Shown here piece by piece: positions 9,606 through 19,725 of a stretch of 34,518 bases of DNA; position 1 is the first letter of the stretch, and each line of letters begins with the position of its first letter. Both the position numbers and the translations under genes were made by a program. This stretch comes from a virus (taxonomy: Duplodnaviria > Caudoviricetes). The stretch lies in IMG/VR virus record IMGVR_UViG_3300032231_000012, positions 1 through 34,518 of that record; one strand, given 5' to 3'. Under the pieces are notes generated by a model that was not told where the DNA came from, searched no databases, and saw only the letters and a program-made list of their open reading frames with translations.

Positions 9606-10210
9606 CTACCTTTTTTCTTTTTAGGCTTTGCCATTCCTTTTAATGTTCCAAACAAATCATTTAGTTGCTGTTGGAAATTTCCTTCTTTCTGCTCCAAGGA
9701 ATAATAAGCTTTCATTTTTATAATGTTATTTCTATGCTCTGCATTATCTTTAGTTGCCTTTGGAACTTTCATAGACCTTATTTTTATAACTTCACTCATT
9801 TTTGTTTTTTCAGATAATCCCCCAAGTAAAGACATAAATTTTATCCAGGATAATTTATCAACTTCTTCCACTAAATCAATCCCATAATTCATCATAAATG
9901 AAGAATAAATATACTCAAAATCCTGCTTAATATCCATGACTATTTCGTCATTAACTTTCTTTTTACCTCTTGCAAAACTATTGATATGCTCAAATACTTT
10001 GTTAACTAGTTCTACCTTTTCATTTATGTTTAGCTTGTACTTTTCATCAAAAAAACATTCATAACTATATGTTGCTTTTTCGGATTCCTCTAAAGATTCA
10101 TCTTCTAATATATCTATAGCCCTCAACACACGATTGAAGGCTATATTAATATTGTACACTTTATCTTTGTATTTAATTTTGGAATCGTCAATGTATAAAA
10201 TATCATACAT
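9602..10210 (-). CDS. A118 Gp15-like tail assembly protein
   Basis: DIKQDFEYIYSSF...YGIDL...LSW..F..LL.GL...T....VIKIR. Confidence 0.85.
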   Translation of the reverse strand: MYDILYIDDSKIKYKDKVYNINIAFNRVLRAIDILEDESLEESEKATYSYECFFDEKYKLNINEKVELVNKVFEHINSFARGKKKVNDEIVMDIKQDFEYIYSSFMMNYGIDLVEEVDKLSWIKFMSLLGGLSEKTKMSEVIKIRSMKVPKATKDNAEHRNNIIKMKAYYSLEQKEGNFQQQLNDLFGTLKGMAKPKKKKGR

Positions 10211-10635
10211 TATCTAACACTTTTCCCTTTTATGCTTTCTGCAAACTGTTGTTGTTTTTTTGACATAAAATCATGTATCTTGGGTAACAAGCTAACTAGA
10301 AAAGGCATTACTTCGATCAACATTTCCTCGGTATTTTCAGTAGAAATTACTCTTTCATTTTTATCAAAAGATTCTTTTACACTATAAAACTCTAAAACTT
10401 TATTTGCATTGTTTCCAAAAAACATTTTAATTATTTTTATAGTTATTTCTCCAAGTCTTTGCAAGTTTTCATACAAATCTTTTTCTTGTTGCAAATTTAC
10501 TTGTATGACTTGCAAATCTTTAATATCTTTTAATATATTTTTAGAATTTTTTGATAAATTTAGCTCTGTTGTTATAATCTCACCGTTTATTTTAACTTCT
10601 TCTTTTAACAATTCACTTCTTTTTAATTCAAACAT
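10210..10635 (-). CDS. Tail assembly chaperone (Gp14-like)
   Basis: Position between major tail gene and Gp15-like gene; typical size. Confidence 0.65.
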   Translation of the reverse strand: MFELKRSELLKEEVKINGEIITTELNLSKNSKNILKDIKDLQVIQVNLQQEKDLYENLQRLGEITIKIIKMFFGNNANKVLEFYSVKESFDKNERVISTENTEEMLIEVMPFLVSLLPKIHDFMSKKQQQFAESIKGKSVR

Positions 10636-10665
10636 AATTTTTTACCTTCCTTGACTAGTTTTTTA

Positions 10666-11382
10666 TTATGCCTTAGATGTTACTGTCGCCCTACCAGCTA
10701 ATTTAGCCAATGTACTAGCATCAACCTCGGCAATAACAATTTGATTGCCTGTTGTTGCCGTAATATCGTCTGTACCATTCCAAGCCGTCCATCCACTCGA
10801 CAAATCTTCGTCATATTCAGGGAAATCAACCGTAGCGGCTGTTTTATAAACATAGCTTGTTTCTGTCAATGCAGGATTTACATATATTGCAGTATCTCCG
10901 CTCAGTGTTCCAGCAACAGATACAACTTGTAAATTACCTAATACTCCTCCTGTAATCGCTGGTAATCCATTGAAATGGAACTCACAACTTATTGTAGCTA
11001 ATGCGTTAGGGTCTCCTCCTGTGTCAACTATATTGCAAATTGTTATTTCTCCTGTCAGTGTTACTCCACCATGTGTAATTATAAAATTAGTTTTTCTGTT
11101 ATCTAGTAGTCCGTATTGAACAGCTTCACCAAAAATATAGTCTTGTGCAGTATCTCCAACGTAGCGAGTACCCGACAATGTTATTATTATTTGCATACCG
11201 CTCACTTCTGTGCTTCCGAACCCACTATCACCAAAGTATGAGAATTGATTAATTACTTCATTTAGTGACTTTGATAAGTTTGACCAACCCTTTTCCAATG
11301 TTTGGTAACTACTAGCCCCGCTTGGATTTACATCAATTTGCATTGTTGTCTGATAATTTGCTTTAACAACTTTTTGTGTCAT
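10666..11382 (-). CDS. Major tail tube protein with C-terminal accessory domain
   Basis: G.R..GD.AQDYIF and GGD......S.E..FNG.P motifs; synteny. Confidence 0.85.
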   Translation of the reverse strand: MTQKVVKANYQTTMQIDVNPSGASSYQTLEKGWSNLSKSLNEVINQFSYFGDSGFGSTEVSGMQIIITLSGTRYVGDTAQDYIFGEAVQYGLLDNRKTNFIITHGGVTLTGEITICNIVDTGGDPNALATISCEFHFNGLPAITGGVLGNLQVVSVAGTLSGDTAIYVNPALTETSYVYKTAATVDFPEYDEDLSSGWTAWNGTDDITATTGNQIVIAEVDASTLAKLAGRATVTSKA

Positions 11383-11401
11383 AATTTTTCACTCTCCTTT
11401 T

Positions 11402-11782
11402 TTATTTATCCACCTGTTCAACGTCAATTACTATGTTGTAAATCCAACTATTGTCATCATCTTTATCCACATAATTAACTGTAGTTGAATACTCAATATT
11501 ATATATCTGTGAATCCGTTAAAGTAGGAAATGTTTTAAGTTTTCTCATACCTTTTCCGATTGCATCTAATTTATTCATTGCAGTTTTCTGATTTGCATAC
11601 TTACTCAAAAATACAAATGATGATGCAAATGCAGATTCTTTGTCTAAAAATGTTATATCTGTACCTGCAGGAGCATTATAAATTGATATGGACTCAGAAA
11701 CTGGCAATGCTCCAACGTAAATAGTTGATACACTAGCAAAATCTTTAGCAAGTGCTATAAGTTCGTCAATTAAATCATCCAT
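11402..11782 (-). CDS. Tail terminator-like protein
   Basis: Synteny in the head-tail block and size. Confidence 0.65.
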   Translation of the reverse strand: MDDLIDELIALAKDFASVSTIYVGALPVSESISIYNAPAGTDITFLDKESAFASSFVFLSKYANQKTAMNKLDAIGKGMRKLKTFPTLTDSQIYNIEYSTTVNYVDKDDDNSWIYNIVIDVEQVDK

Positions 11783-12113
11783 TACTGGCTCCTCTCTGTG
11801 CTATTTTAAGCCATTCTTTATTGTGTACTTCTTTTGCGTGATGTGCCCACATCAACCTAGCATGAGGATTTTTGTTTTTCAAAGGTGTTCCTATCCAATA
11901 TACCTTTTTCGCATAAGGTGTGTTCCAAATAAGTTCTCCTTTTTCATAGTCTGTAGCAATCAAACTGCTTTTTATTAAATCTCCACTTTGCCTTCGAGCA
12001 TATTTATTACAATCCTTTAAAGCTTGTGTAGTAACTAAGAAAGTCATTTTTGCAACATCTCGTGAAATTCTGTTTGTTATTGCAGTAATATCAGTTTGTA
12101 CTTCGACACTCAT
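11775..12113 (-). CDS. Tail completion/neck protein (Minor_capsid_2-like)
   Basis: SGDL..S...WNTPYAKKVY...NPHA...W. Confidence 0.75.
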   Translation of the reverse strand: MSVEVQTDITAITNRISRDVAKMTFLVTTQALKDCNKYARRQSGDLIKSSLIATDYEKGELIWNTPYAKKVYWIGTPLKNKNPHARLMWAHHAKEVHNKEWLKIAQRGASNG

Positions 12114-12121
12114 TCTATCAC

Positions 12122-12472
12122 CTACCTTAAATATAATTCATAGTGATGTATACTTGTAGTGTCCGCTTGATGAATTGGATCTATTTTTACTATTCTGTAA
12201 TCTTTGCTATTAAATGTAATTATATCATCTTCCGCAAAGTTTGGCGAAGTAATTACTGTAGCTAATTTACATACACTATTTACCATGTCAAAAAACAACA
12301 TCGAACTTGCTACAATATCAGTATTATCTTTTGATTTTACAATTTGATTGCTTACTTCAAAATATACTTGTGTTAAAGCATATTCTGTTTCCGTTTCTGC
12401 ACCCCAATTATCCTTTGTAATACTATTATGAGTACATGATTGATTTAAAATTTTTAACGGAATAGGCTTCAT
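12122..12472 (-). CDS. Head closure protein
   Basis: D.WG...I.FN..DY.I...HHYELYL; synteny. Confidence 0.7.
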   Translation of the reverse strand: MKPIPLKILNQSCTHNSITKDNWGAETETEYALTQVYFEVSNQIVKSKDNTDIVASSMLFFDMVNSVCKLATVITSPNFAEDDIITFNSKDYRIVKIDPIHQADTTSIHHYELYLR

Positions 12473-12885
12473 TCTATCACGCTCATTCCTCTGTAAAGTA
12501 ACCCTGTGTTCTTTAAATACATTGATACAGAAGGAGATAGTGGAATACCCTCGAAGTATTGATAATTTGACTTTTTACTTTCATTGCTTGACTCTATCTT
12601 AAATTTAGAAAGAGAAAACCCAACATCGTTATTATCAGAGTTATTAGTCGCATTATATCCACCTAAATTATAAATAAATTCTATTTGAGAACATACCGCC
12701 TTTTTTACTCCTGTTTGCTGGAAAGTATTCAAATCATCAAATGTATCACTATCATACAAATCATTATTGGTAAAAGCATTAATAACATCTTCCGCCCTCG
12801 CTAATAACTGTGCAAATACATCTGTATCGCTTATTGTTGTACCGTTGTATGTGCTATCGTAGTAAGTTTTATCTACATAAGCCAT
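12469..12885 (-). CDS. Head-tail connector/adaptor
   Basis: MAYVD..YY...RA..VI...VKKAVCSQIE...YL..TGLLYRG. Confidence 0.85.
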   Translation of the reverse strand: MAYVDKTYYDSTYNGTTISDTDVFAQLLARAEDVINAFTNNDLYDSDTFDDLNTFQQTGVKKAVCSQIEFIYNLGGYNATNNSDNNDVGFSLSKFKIESSNESKKSNYQYFEGIPLSPSVSMYLKNTGLLYRGMSVIE

Positions 12886-12899
12886 ATTACACCTCGTTT

Positions 12900-13421
12900 C
12901 TATACCTCAAAAATGCTTGTTGAATAATCAATAACTGTTGATTGTGCTTCTTTGTTCTCAAATTCTGCAATATATTTTTTATTTTTATCCAATATCAAAA
13001 ATGGATAAATTAAACTGTTAGCACTATCTTTATGATTAGCAAAAGCATTTCTTGTAGGTAATAAATCGCCTTTATCTGTACCTGTCGCACCACTTGTTAA
13101 AACTGTCTGTAATGTTTGCTCAGATGTCCTATTAGGATTGAAAGGTGTTACCGTAGTTCCTCCTGAATAATCTGTACCTTCGTAAAATCTAAATTCAACT
13201 CTAGTGTCCGAAGAAGAAATTAAACAAGGAAATATAAATACAGTTTTATCAACATCAACACTGCTCATATCAATCAAAAAATTTACCGTTTGTTCTGATG
13301 ATAAATTCATACTAGAGACAACAACACCTGTCTTTCCTGCAACAATTGAATCGTCTCCATAGCTTGTTGTAATAAATCCTGTTTTTGATGTATCTCTGCT
13401 ATTTAATATTTCAGTACCCAT
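12900..13421 (-). CDS. Hypothetical beta-rich virion-associated protein (probable paralog of 13441-14004)
   Basis: Within the structural operon; shares MGTE start and a GT.....NPN motif with its neighbour. Confidence 0.65.
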   Translation of the reverse strand: MGTEILNSRDTSKTGFITTSYGDDSIVAGKTGVVVSSMNLSSEQTVNFLIDMSSVDVDKTVFIFPCLISSSDTRVEFRFYEGTDYSGGTTVTPFNPNRTSEQTLQTVLTSGATGTDKGDLLPTRNAFANHKDSANSLIYPFLILDKNKKYIAEFENKEAQSTVIDYSTSIFEV

Positions 13422-13440
13422 TTGTCGTTCCCTTCTGCTG

Positions 13441-14004
13441 TTAGCTATTTCCGTTTGTTATTCCTCTAGGTTCTTCGTACCCAAACAAATTCCATGTAAC
13501 ATCTATTGTATCTGTTGTCAAATTTGTTACAACTATAATGTATTGAGTATCTTTTTCAAAAACAAATTCTTGATTAGCACTTTGTACAAAGCTAGCACTA
13601 GCAACCGTTTGATTTGTACTATCTGCCATAACTACAACCGGAGGTAAACATAATGCTCCTCCTGTGTATGTAGGAGATGCTTTTATAGTGCTTTCTGGCG
13701 TATTAGAACCAGCTAAATTAGGGTTATAAAGTAGTATTGCAGTCCCTGTGTTTACTGTAACATCTGCACCGCTGAAAATTTCTATTTTGCAAGAACCTCC
13801 AAGCGCATTGAGTACTATGTTTTTAATATGAGGGAATAAGCTTTCAGGTGTAGTTAAACAATATTTTTTTGTTGCTCCATTTGTTAAAGTAAAATAATCG
13901 CCTGCAATAATACCATAATCTTTATGTATTGCAGAATGGTCTGTGTTAATTACTTCAACACCCCCGAAGGTAACTTCCTCTCTGCCCCAAACTTCAGTTC
14001 CCAT
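13441..14004 (-). CDS. Hypothetical beta-rich virion-associated protein
   Basis: Within the structural operon; start overlaps the upstream stop codon. Confidence 0.65.
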   Translation of the reverse strand: MGTEVWGREEVTFGGVEVINTDHSAIHKDYGIIAGDYFTLTNGATKKYCLTTPESLFPHIKNIVLNALGGSCKIEIFSGADVTVNTGTAILLYNPNLAGSNTPESTIKASPTYTGGALCLPPVVVMADSTNQTVASASFVQSANQEFVFEKDTQYIIVVTNLTTDTIDVTWNLFGYEEPRGITNGNS

Positions 14005-14306
14005 TATTTCACCTTCTTTTTTCCTTTATTTTTCACAGTTTTTTTAGGTTCTTTTTTAAGTTCTTCCACTTGTGGCTCTGGCTCTGGCTCTGGCTCTGGT
14101 TCTGGTTCTGGCTCTGGTTCTGGTTCTGGCTCTGGTTCTGGCTCAATATTGTATACGATTTCTTCAATTGTTTTATCTAGCTTCTCTAATTCTTCAGTAA
14201 TTTCATCTTCAAAAACTTCATTTTTTGGATCTGATTTTTTACATCTTTTTTCATGTATATTTAAAACTTTATCACTATATTCTATATTACAAAATTTACA
14301 TTTCAC
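14004..14306 (-). CDS. Small C2HC zinc-finger protein with an (EP)12 linker and Lys-rich tail
   Basis: CKFC..H...C, Glu-Pro repeat, GGAGG-type RBS upstream. Confidence 0.75.
   Translation of the reverse strand: MKCKFCNIEYSDKVLNIHEKRCKKSDPKNEVFEDEITEELEKLDKTIEEIVYNIEPEPEPEPEPEPEPEPEPEPEPEPQVEELKKEPKKTVKNKGKKKVK
14073..14144. repeat. 12 x 6-bp tandem repeat (TGGYTC) encoding Glu-Pro
   Basis: Counted directly from the sequence. Confidence 0.95.
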
Positions 14307-14327
14307 TCAAAATTCCTCCTTATTTTG

Positions 14328-14356
14328 AAAAAGCTCTAGCTTTCACTAGAGCCTTT
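14328..14356 (-). terminator. Rho-independent terminator after the head genes
   Basis: Minus strand GGCTCTAGT-GAAA-GCTAGAGCT followed by a T-run. Confidence 0.8.
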
Positions 14357-14366
14357 AAAGTTTAAT

Positions 14367-15419
14367 TTAGTATGCAGAACCTAATGAAATTCTGCGCCAA
14401 TTATTATCACTTATGGTATTAGTAGCAATACATCTATACATGTAAGAACTATCAAAATAAATATCGTCTAATGTTCCAACTGTACCGTCAACTCCTGCTG
14501 TTGTATCTCCAAGCGTAGCTTGTCCAAAAGCACCATTAGCCATTGTTTCTGTTGTTGCAATGCTATTACTAGCAGTACCTTTTGTATCTGCTGTTAATAC
14601 AACTGTATCGCCTGCACCATCCGCAGCACCTACACCAGCGGTATCATTTGCAGTAACACTTGTAACTGTCGCAGTAACTGCGTTTGCAGCGGTACAATCA
14701 ACACCAGCAACCTCAGTTCCAAATGTTGCAGCATCAAATATATTGCCAACATTATCAAAAGTTTCTGTACATGCGATTAAATCTCCTGCTGTCCCCGCAA
14801 TTAAGGCTGTTATTACTGCGTCATTTGTTGCCCACGCTCCTATTGTTGCATAAGCACTAGCAGTATTATAACCGTCTGTTCCGTTTATAGCTGCTGTTAT
14901 TTCAACTTTTGCACCTGCTAAATCTGCACCAACTGAAACTTCACCGTCCGCATTTGCAGTTCCTACCGGAACAAAAGTAAATACCTTATCACCAATAGTA
15001 AATGTATCACCAGAAATTGGCTGAACTGCTACTGTTAGTAAACACGCGCTTGCTGTTGCAAAAGATGTTATATCAATTGCGAAATCACTTCCATCAGTCA
15101 ATGATTGCGCTGCATCTGCACAAAACTCATATACGTCAGCTCCAATTGTAACTGTTTCGCCATCAATAGCAACTCCACTAACAGTAAGTGTTCCTTGGCT
15201 TGCCACTGCATTAACAGGTGTTCCAGATTGTTTTAACTTGTCAACTTCTGCTTCAACTGCTGTCATTTCGCTTTGCAATGTGCTAATATCACTAGCACTT
15301 ACTAAGTTTAACGCGGTTATAATAGTTTGTAGCTTTGTTCCTAACCCAATCACTTGCATACGTCTATTAATTCTATTAATCTTGTCTTGCTCTGCTGTTG
15401 TTAAATTTGTAACGGACAT
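14367..15419 (-). CDS. Putative head fibre/decoration protein
   Basis: Directly after the capsid gene; N-terminal coiled coil, two related 'G.T.TIG..V..F' modules, C-terminal D..Y.Y.C...NW.RI motif. Confidence 0.55.
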   Translation of the reverse strand: MSVTNLTTAEQDKINRINRRMQVIGLGTKLQTIITALNLVSASDISTLQSEMTAVEAEVDKLKQSGTPVNAVASQGTLTVSGVAIDGETVTIGADVYEFCADAAQSLTDGSDFAIDITSFATASACLLTVAVQPISGDTFTIGDKVFTFVPVGTANADGEVSVGADLAGAKVEITAAINGTDGYNTASAYATIGAWATNDAVITALIAGTAGDLIACTETFDNVGNIFDAATFGTEVAGVDCTAANAVTATVTSVTANDTAGVGAADGAGDTVVLTADTKGTASNSIATTETMANGAFGQATLGDTTAGVDGTVGTLDDIYFDSSYMYRCIATNTISDNNWRRISLGSAY

Positions 15420-15453
15420 TTAAATTGCCTCCTTTTTAGATTGTTAGTTTTTA

Positions 15454-16611
15454 TTATCCTAAAATTCTTGTTGCTAGTTCTGGATAAGGAGTAGCATATC
15501 CGTACAATACATCAAAACTAATTGTTTCTTTTTTGCTTGTAATATTGTAGCCTTTTGTAACACGAATCGTTAAACCGTTGTAGCTAGTTGTGTAAGATTC
15601 TACACCACTTTGCGGTGCTTCCAAAGGTCTAGAAACAAATGAAAATGCTTTTTCGTGGAAAGCTAAGTTAGCAACGTGACCGCCTGCTGAAACGTCAGGG
15701 AATGTAACCGCATCACCTGACAAATCAGCAGTAAGTTGAGGATAAAGGTTTGCAGTAACAACACCAGCAATTGCATTAGCAGTATCTGCTATAACAACAT
15801 ACTGAGAAGTTCCTATTACAACCAAATCACCTTTTAATAATTTTTCTGTAGATGTGCCTGCTGCACTTGTCAAAGGAACTGGAGTATACTTATAACCTGT
15901 CGTTGCATCTGTAGCATTAACCGCAGAAACATCAACTGTACCTGTTACATCTGCCAACGCAGTATATCCACCAGCAGTATGAGTTTTAACCGCTTGTGAC
16001 ATATAGTTATTAATTCCTTGTACCTTACCGATTGCACCTTCTCTAAGTGCTTCAGTTGACCCAGATTTTTCAGCGTTAACAATTGCATCAACAATAGAAA
16101 GTTTTGTATCTGCATCAGCATCCCAAACACCAGAGCGAGGACTCATTGGTACTTTATTATTATTTAATTTACCTCTTGCGTTTGCAATATCTTCCAAATC
16201 ATCTGGAGTAGTTCCAGCAACACCAACAAAAGAATTAATTAACTTATATTGATTTAATCCATCCTGATTTATTTTTTCAGCAATTGCAGTAATTGCTGGA
16301 TTAACAACATCATTTACAAAATCGTGCATTTTTAACGTCATTTCCTTTGAAGTAACAACTACGGATACATCAGCGATTGTATCCATTTTTACTAGAATCG
16401 GATGAGGGTTAATATCTTGCAAATTAATTGCAGAACCGTCGAACTCGTCGGCTACATAAACCGCAGGTCTTTTTACTTGGATTGTATCACCTTTTTTAAC
16501 AAAATCGTTTGAGTAATCTTTGTTTATAAGATTAGGGAATACAAGTTGTTGCTCTAAAATTGGAAGTGCTTCTCTTGCGATATTTTGCATAGTTAACATA
16601 CTGTTAGCCAT
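15454..16611 (-). CDS. Major capsid protein (P22 coat protein gp5-like)
   Basis: MAN..LT...IAREAL..L...KKGDTIQV.RP...NLAFH..AF...SFDVLYG...PELA.RI.G. Confidence 0.9.
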   Translation of the reverse strand: MANSMLTMQNIAREALPILEQQLVFPNLINKDYSNDFVKKGDTIQVKRPAVYVADEFDGSAINLQDINPHPILVKMDTIADVSVVVTSKEMTLKMHDFVNDVVNPAITAIAEKINQDGLNQYKLINSFVGVAGTTPDDLEDIANARGKLNNNKVPMSPRSGVWDADADTKLSIVDAIVNAEKSGSTEALREGAIGKVQGINNYMSQAVKTHTAGGYTALADVTGTVDVSAVNATDATTGYKYTPVPLTSAAGTSTEKLLKGDLVVIGTSQYVVIADTANAIAGVVTANLYPQLTADLSGDAVTFPDVSAGGHVANLAFHEKAFSFVSRPLEAPQSGVESYTTSYNGLTIRVTKGYNITSKKETISFDVLYGYATPYPELATRILG

Positions 16612-16626
16612 ATTATTTCACGCTCC

Positions 16627-17190
16627 TTAAATTTTGTTTTTCTCTTTCATCATTTTGTAATATTCTGAATCACTCAATTGTGAGTAATCAGGTTTTCCAG
16701 CTTCATTTTTAATTTTTTGACCACCTGCTGGAATCGTTGTCCCTTGGCTGGGAGTTTTAGAAAATTGAGGATTATCTTTTAAAAATCCTTCTAAATTATC
16801 TTGAAAATCACCTTCCATTTGACTAACTTTAAACGATATAAAATCTGCGTAATCTGAATTTACTCCGCTTTTTAATACTGCTCTTTCATTTTTCAATTGT
16901 TGTAGTTCAGTTCTAATTTTATCAGCTTGTTTTCTTTCTTCTGCAATTTTTTCTTGCTCTGTTTGTTGTGACTTCTTCCACTCTTTAAACGCTTCTAAAT
17001 CTTCTTTATGTGGCATTTTTGAGCGTTCTCTTTTCAACCTCTCACCAATCTGTTTATCAAGTTCGGCTTGAGTAAATGTTTTTTCTTCTTGTTGTTGCTC
17101 TGTTTCTTGATTCTCCGTAGCATCTACGTTTGTTTCTTGCTCTGTTTCTTGATTCTCCGCTGTTTGCGTATTTTTATTTTCTATATCCAT
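16627..17190 (-). CDS. Capsid scaffolding protein (DUF4355-like)
   Basis: KTFTQAELDK.I.ERL.RER motif; GGGAGG RBS at 17203-17198 favours the ATG at 17190. Confidence 0.85.
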   Translation of the reverse strand: MDIENKNTQTAENQETEQETNVDATENQETEQQQEEKTFTQAELDKQIGERLKRERSKMPHKEDLEAFKEWKKSQQTEQEKIAEERKQADKIRTELQQLKNERAVLKSGVNSDYADFISFKVSQMEGDFQDNLEGFLKDNPQFSKTPSQGTTIPAGGQKIKNEAGKPDYSQLSDSEYYKMMKEKNKI

Positions 17191-17243
17191 TCTTATTCCT
17201 CCCATTTAAAGTCCGTCGACAAATTATTTATATAAGTGTTACA

Positions 17244-18305
17244 TTATTTTATTGCTTCTTGTGCTAATTTCTCCATTTTAGGTAAGTTTTCCTTTTTAAA
17301 CTCTCTTAATTTCTTTCTTTTTTCTTTCAATCTCTGTTTACTTATTAATTCTTCTTGCTTATTGTTAGTTTTTTCAAACCCTTCCAGCCTTCTTTTTTCT
17401 TTTTCAATTTCATTTTTGTAATAGTTAACTTTTTGGTCGTATGCGTATATTATATCATTTTCTTTTTTCTTGTAAATATCAAAAGTTTTTGTAAATAATC
17501 CATCATCGATATAATATTTCATGTGAGTACAATTTATTCCAAAAATACCATCAGGTTCACCAAAAGAAGTCCTTGAAAAATCACTGTAGTTATAACTTTT
17601 TCCATTGATATCTTTTACGGTACCCGATTTATTATCTTCGCTGAAAATTCGCCCTTGCTCAAGGTAGCATTTAGGCCTCGCCCCTGCGTGGGAAGAAATT
17701 TCGAATAAATGTAAATCAAAATCCTTGGCGTAGGCGTCTTGAATATCCCTTGATGATTTGGCGGTCTGTGTTCTAATGTTCCTCGCTACTCCTGACCTGA
17801 CATTTATAACACTTCCTGTTTCGTAGGTCTGGATCTTAATACCTTCATCCGCTAACAATTTTGTTGCTCTAGTTACTGATTGTTCAAAAGTTCTCAAGCC
17901 TGTCTGAACATCTAAATAAGCAGTATTAACAATTTCCAAATATTTTTTATTTGATGCTTGTAAGCAAGTTGTATTAGTGTAATTTATAAATTTCGTAGAA
18001 TCTCTTTTAAACATATCTAAAATACTGCTTATGCTTTCAGTTGTTTTTCCTGTGGAATTAACATTTTTAATTATATCATTCATGGCTGGAACTATTAAAT
18101 TATTATATTTATTAATTATTTTTCCATTTGCTTTATTTACTGTTGTTGCTTTATTTATTTTTTCTTGGAGCCATTCTTCACTTCCTCCATCATCTAAATC
18201 AATGTCTAATTCAGATATAATTGTTAAAAATAATTCAGTATCCAAAGCATTATAGAGGATTGATAAAGGCTCAACTAATGCATCAATATCTAAAATATTA
18301 CTCAA
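17244..18305 (-). CDS. Minor head protein (Phage_min_cap2-like)
   Basis: SSHAGARP.C...QG.I...G.PDGIFGINC.H. Confidence 0.88.
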   Translation of the reverse strand: MSNILDIDALVEPLSILYNALDTELFLTIISELDIDLDDGGSEEWLQEKINKATTVNKANGKIINKYNNLIVPAMNDIIKNVNSTGKTTESISSILDMFKRDSTKFINYTNTTCLQASNKKYLEIVNTAYLDVQTGLRTFEQSVTRATKLLADEGIKIQTYETGSVINVRSGVARNIRTQTAKSSRDIQDAYAKDFDLHLFEISSHAGARPKCYLEQGRIFSEDNKSGTVKDINGKSYNYSDFSRTSFGEPDGIFGINCTHMKYYIDDGLFTKTFDIYKKKENDIIYAYDQKVNYYKNEIEKEKRRLEGFEKTNNKQEELISKQRLKEKRKKLREFKKENLPKMEKLAQEAIK

Positions 18306-19707
18306 AATCGATCACCTCGCTAGGGTCTTGCTTAGGCTTCCTAGCTTCTATTTTTTTATCTAACTCAATTGCTTCTTCTTCACTCATTTTATAAACTCTT
18401 TGATAATACTCAATTCTATCAATTACACCTGAATTTAGTTCTAGTAGTGCATCTTGCATAATCTGTGTATCATCTTGTACAATACTATCATCAAATTTAA
18501 TAGAAATATCTTTAGTTGCATCTTGACCTTTCAAGTGTAAAATAGCCTTTACCATGCTTACTAAAGCATTATCTATAACCATTTCATCTTTTTTTACTTG
18601 TCTATAAAGATCGCTATCCTCTGATATTACCTCTGTAGCTGTTTTTTCAACTGTACCATCTTTAAAGTTATAGTATCCATTCCCTAGATTTACTTTAAAT
18701 GATAACATACTAAGCATATCACAAATAGCTTGGGACAACTCATTAGTTCTCAAGTCTGGTGTATCATGTATAATATTTTCTTTTGAATCTTTCCCCATTT
18801 TCATAGAATAGAAAGTTGTATCTTTTTTGTCAAAATATTGCATAGGATTTCCGTTTTCATCGAATTGTATTGTTGCCATTTCTTCATTCACAAATATCCT
18901 ACTTTTCCCATTCTGAATCTCTTCAACGTAACTATCATAAGTGATGTCAACACTTTGTAACTGGTCTAAAGCATTAGCAAAACATGAAATACCTAGCTTA
19001 CTATTAATGTCAATATTATTAGCTATGTTAGGTTTTATTATCTGAAATAAAGGCACTGGCGAATAATAAGGTGTATAAACTCCACTGCTAATTTCTTCAT
19101 CTGTTAATTCTAAATATACTAACTCATCACAACCATCACTTACTTTAGCTTTATAGTTTTCAATGACCCAGCTTCCAAATTCTTGTGTGGTCATATCTGT
19201 AATTAGTGTATGCTCGCTTACATAATATGCTTCATCATCTATTTTAGATACAAAAGCAATTTTATTTACTTTGTTTTCGTTACCTTGGCATAGAGGAATA
19301 ATATTATAAGCCGATACATAATCAATAATAACATTTCCGTTTGCATCCAAAAATTGTACCATTGCCCCGGTACCCAAGGCATAAATTTTTTCTAATAACT
19401 GGCTACTTTCTACTAAGAAATTATTTTTTTCTAGTGTTTCATTGACAACTTTCTCAACTGTTTTATCAATATTAAATTGTAGCCTATCATTGATAATAAA
19501 CCCTGCTTTATCCTCACATATTTTCTTTGCCATACACAACTTTTTCATTTCAATTTTCACAATATCTTTTCCATTGTAAACTGTGTAATCGTGAAAATCC
19601 GCTACTTTCCCTTGATACCATTGATTCCATTTGTCAATATAATTGTAATAGTTCTCACTTGCGAAATTATACCCTTGACTCCTATAATAATTCCTCAACT
19701 TGTACAT
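18298..19707 (-). CDS. Portal protein (SPP1 gp6/A118-like)
   Basis: LGIS.FANA, KTATEVISE.S.LY and I.FDDSI motifs; follows terL. Confidence 0.92.
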   Translation of the reverse strand: MYKLRNYYRSQGYNFASENYYNYIDKWNQWYQGKVADFHDYTVYNGKDIVKIEMKKLCMAKKICEDKAGFIINDRLQFNIDKTVEKVVNETLEKNNFLVESSQLLEKIYALGTGAMVQFLDANGNVIIDYVSAYNIIPLCQGNENKVNKIAFVSKIDDEAYYVSEHTLITDMTTQEFGSWVIENYKAKVSDGCDELVYLELTDEEISSGVYTPYYSPVPLFQIIKPNIANNIDINSKLGISCFANALDQLQSVDITYDSYVEEIQNGKSRIFVNEEMATIQFDENGNPMQYFDKKDTTFYSMKMGKDSKENIIHDTPDLRTNELSQAICDMLSMLSFKVNLGNGYYNFKDGTVEKTATEVISEDSDLYRQVKKDEMVIDNALVSMVKAILHLKGQDATKDISIKFDDSIVQDDTQIMQDALLELNSGVIDRIEYYQRVYKMSEEEAIELDKKIEARKPKQDPSEVIDFE

Positions 19708-19725
19708 AAAACACCCCTTCCAAAA

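Noticed and set aside
9602-10635. Programmed frameshift between tail chaperone genes
   Set aside because: The two ORFs have a stop/start overlap like separate Gp14/Gp15 genes, and I identified no convincing slippery site.
17095-17160. ~23-bp direct repeat in the scaffold gene
   Set aside because: In-frame duplication (ENQETEQ) in a low-complexity N-terminus, which is common in scaffold proteins.
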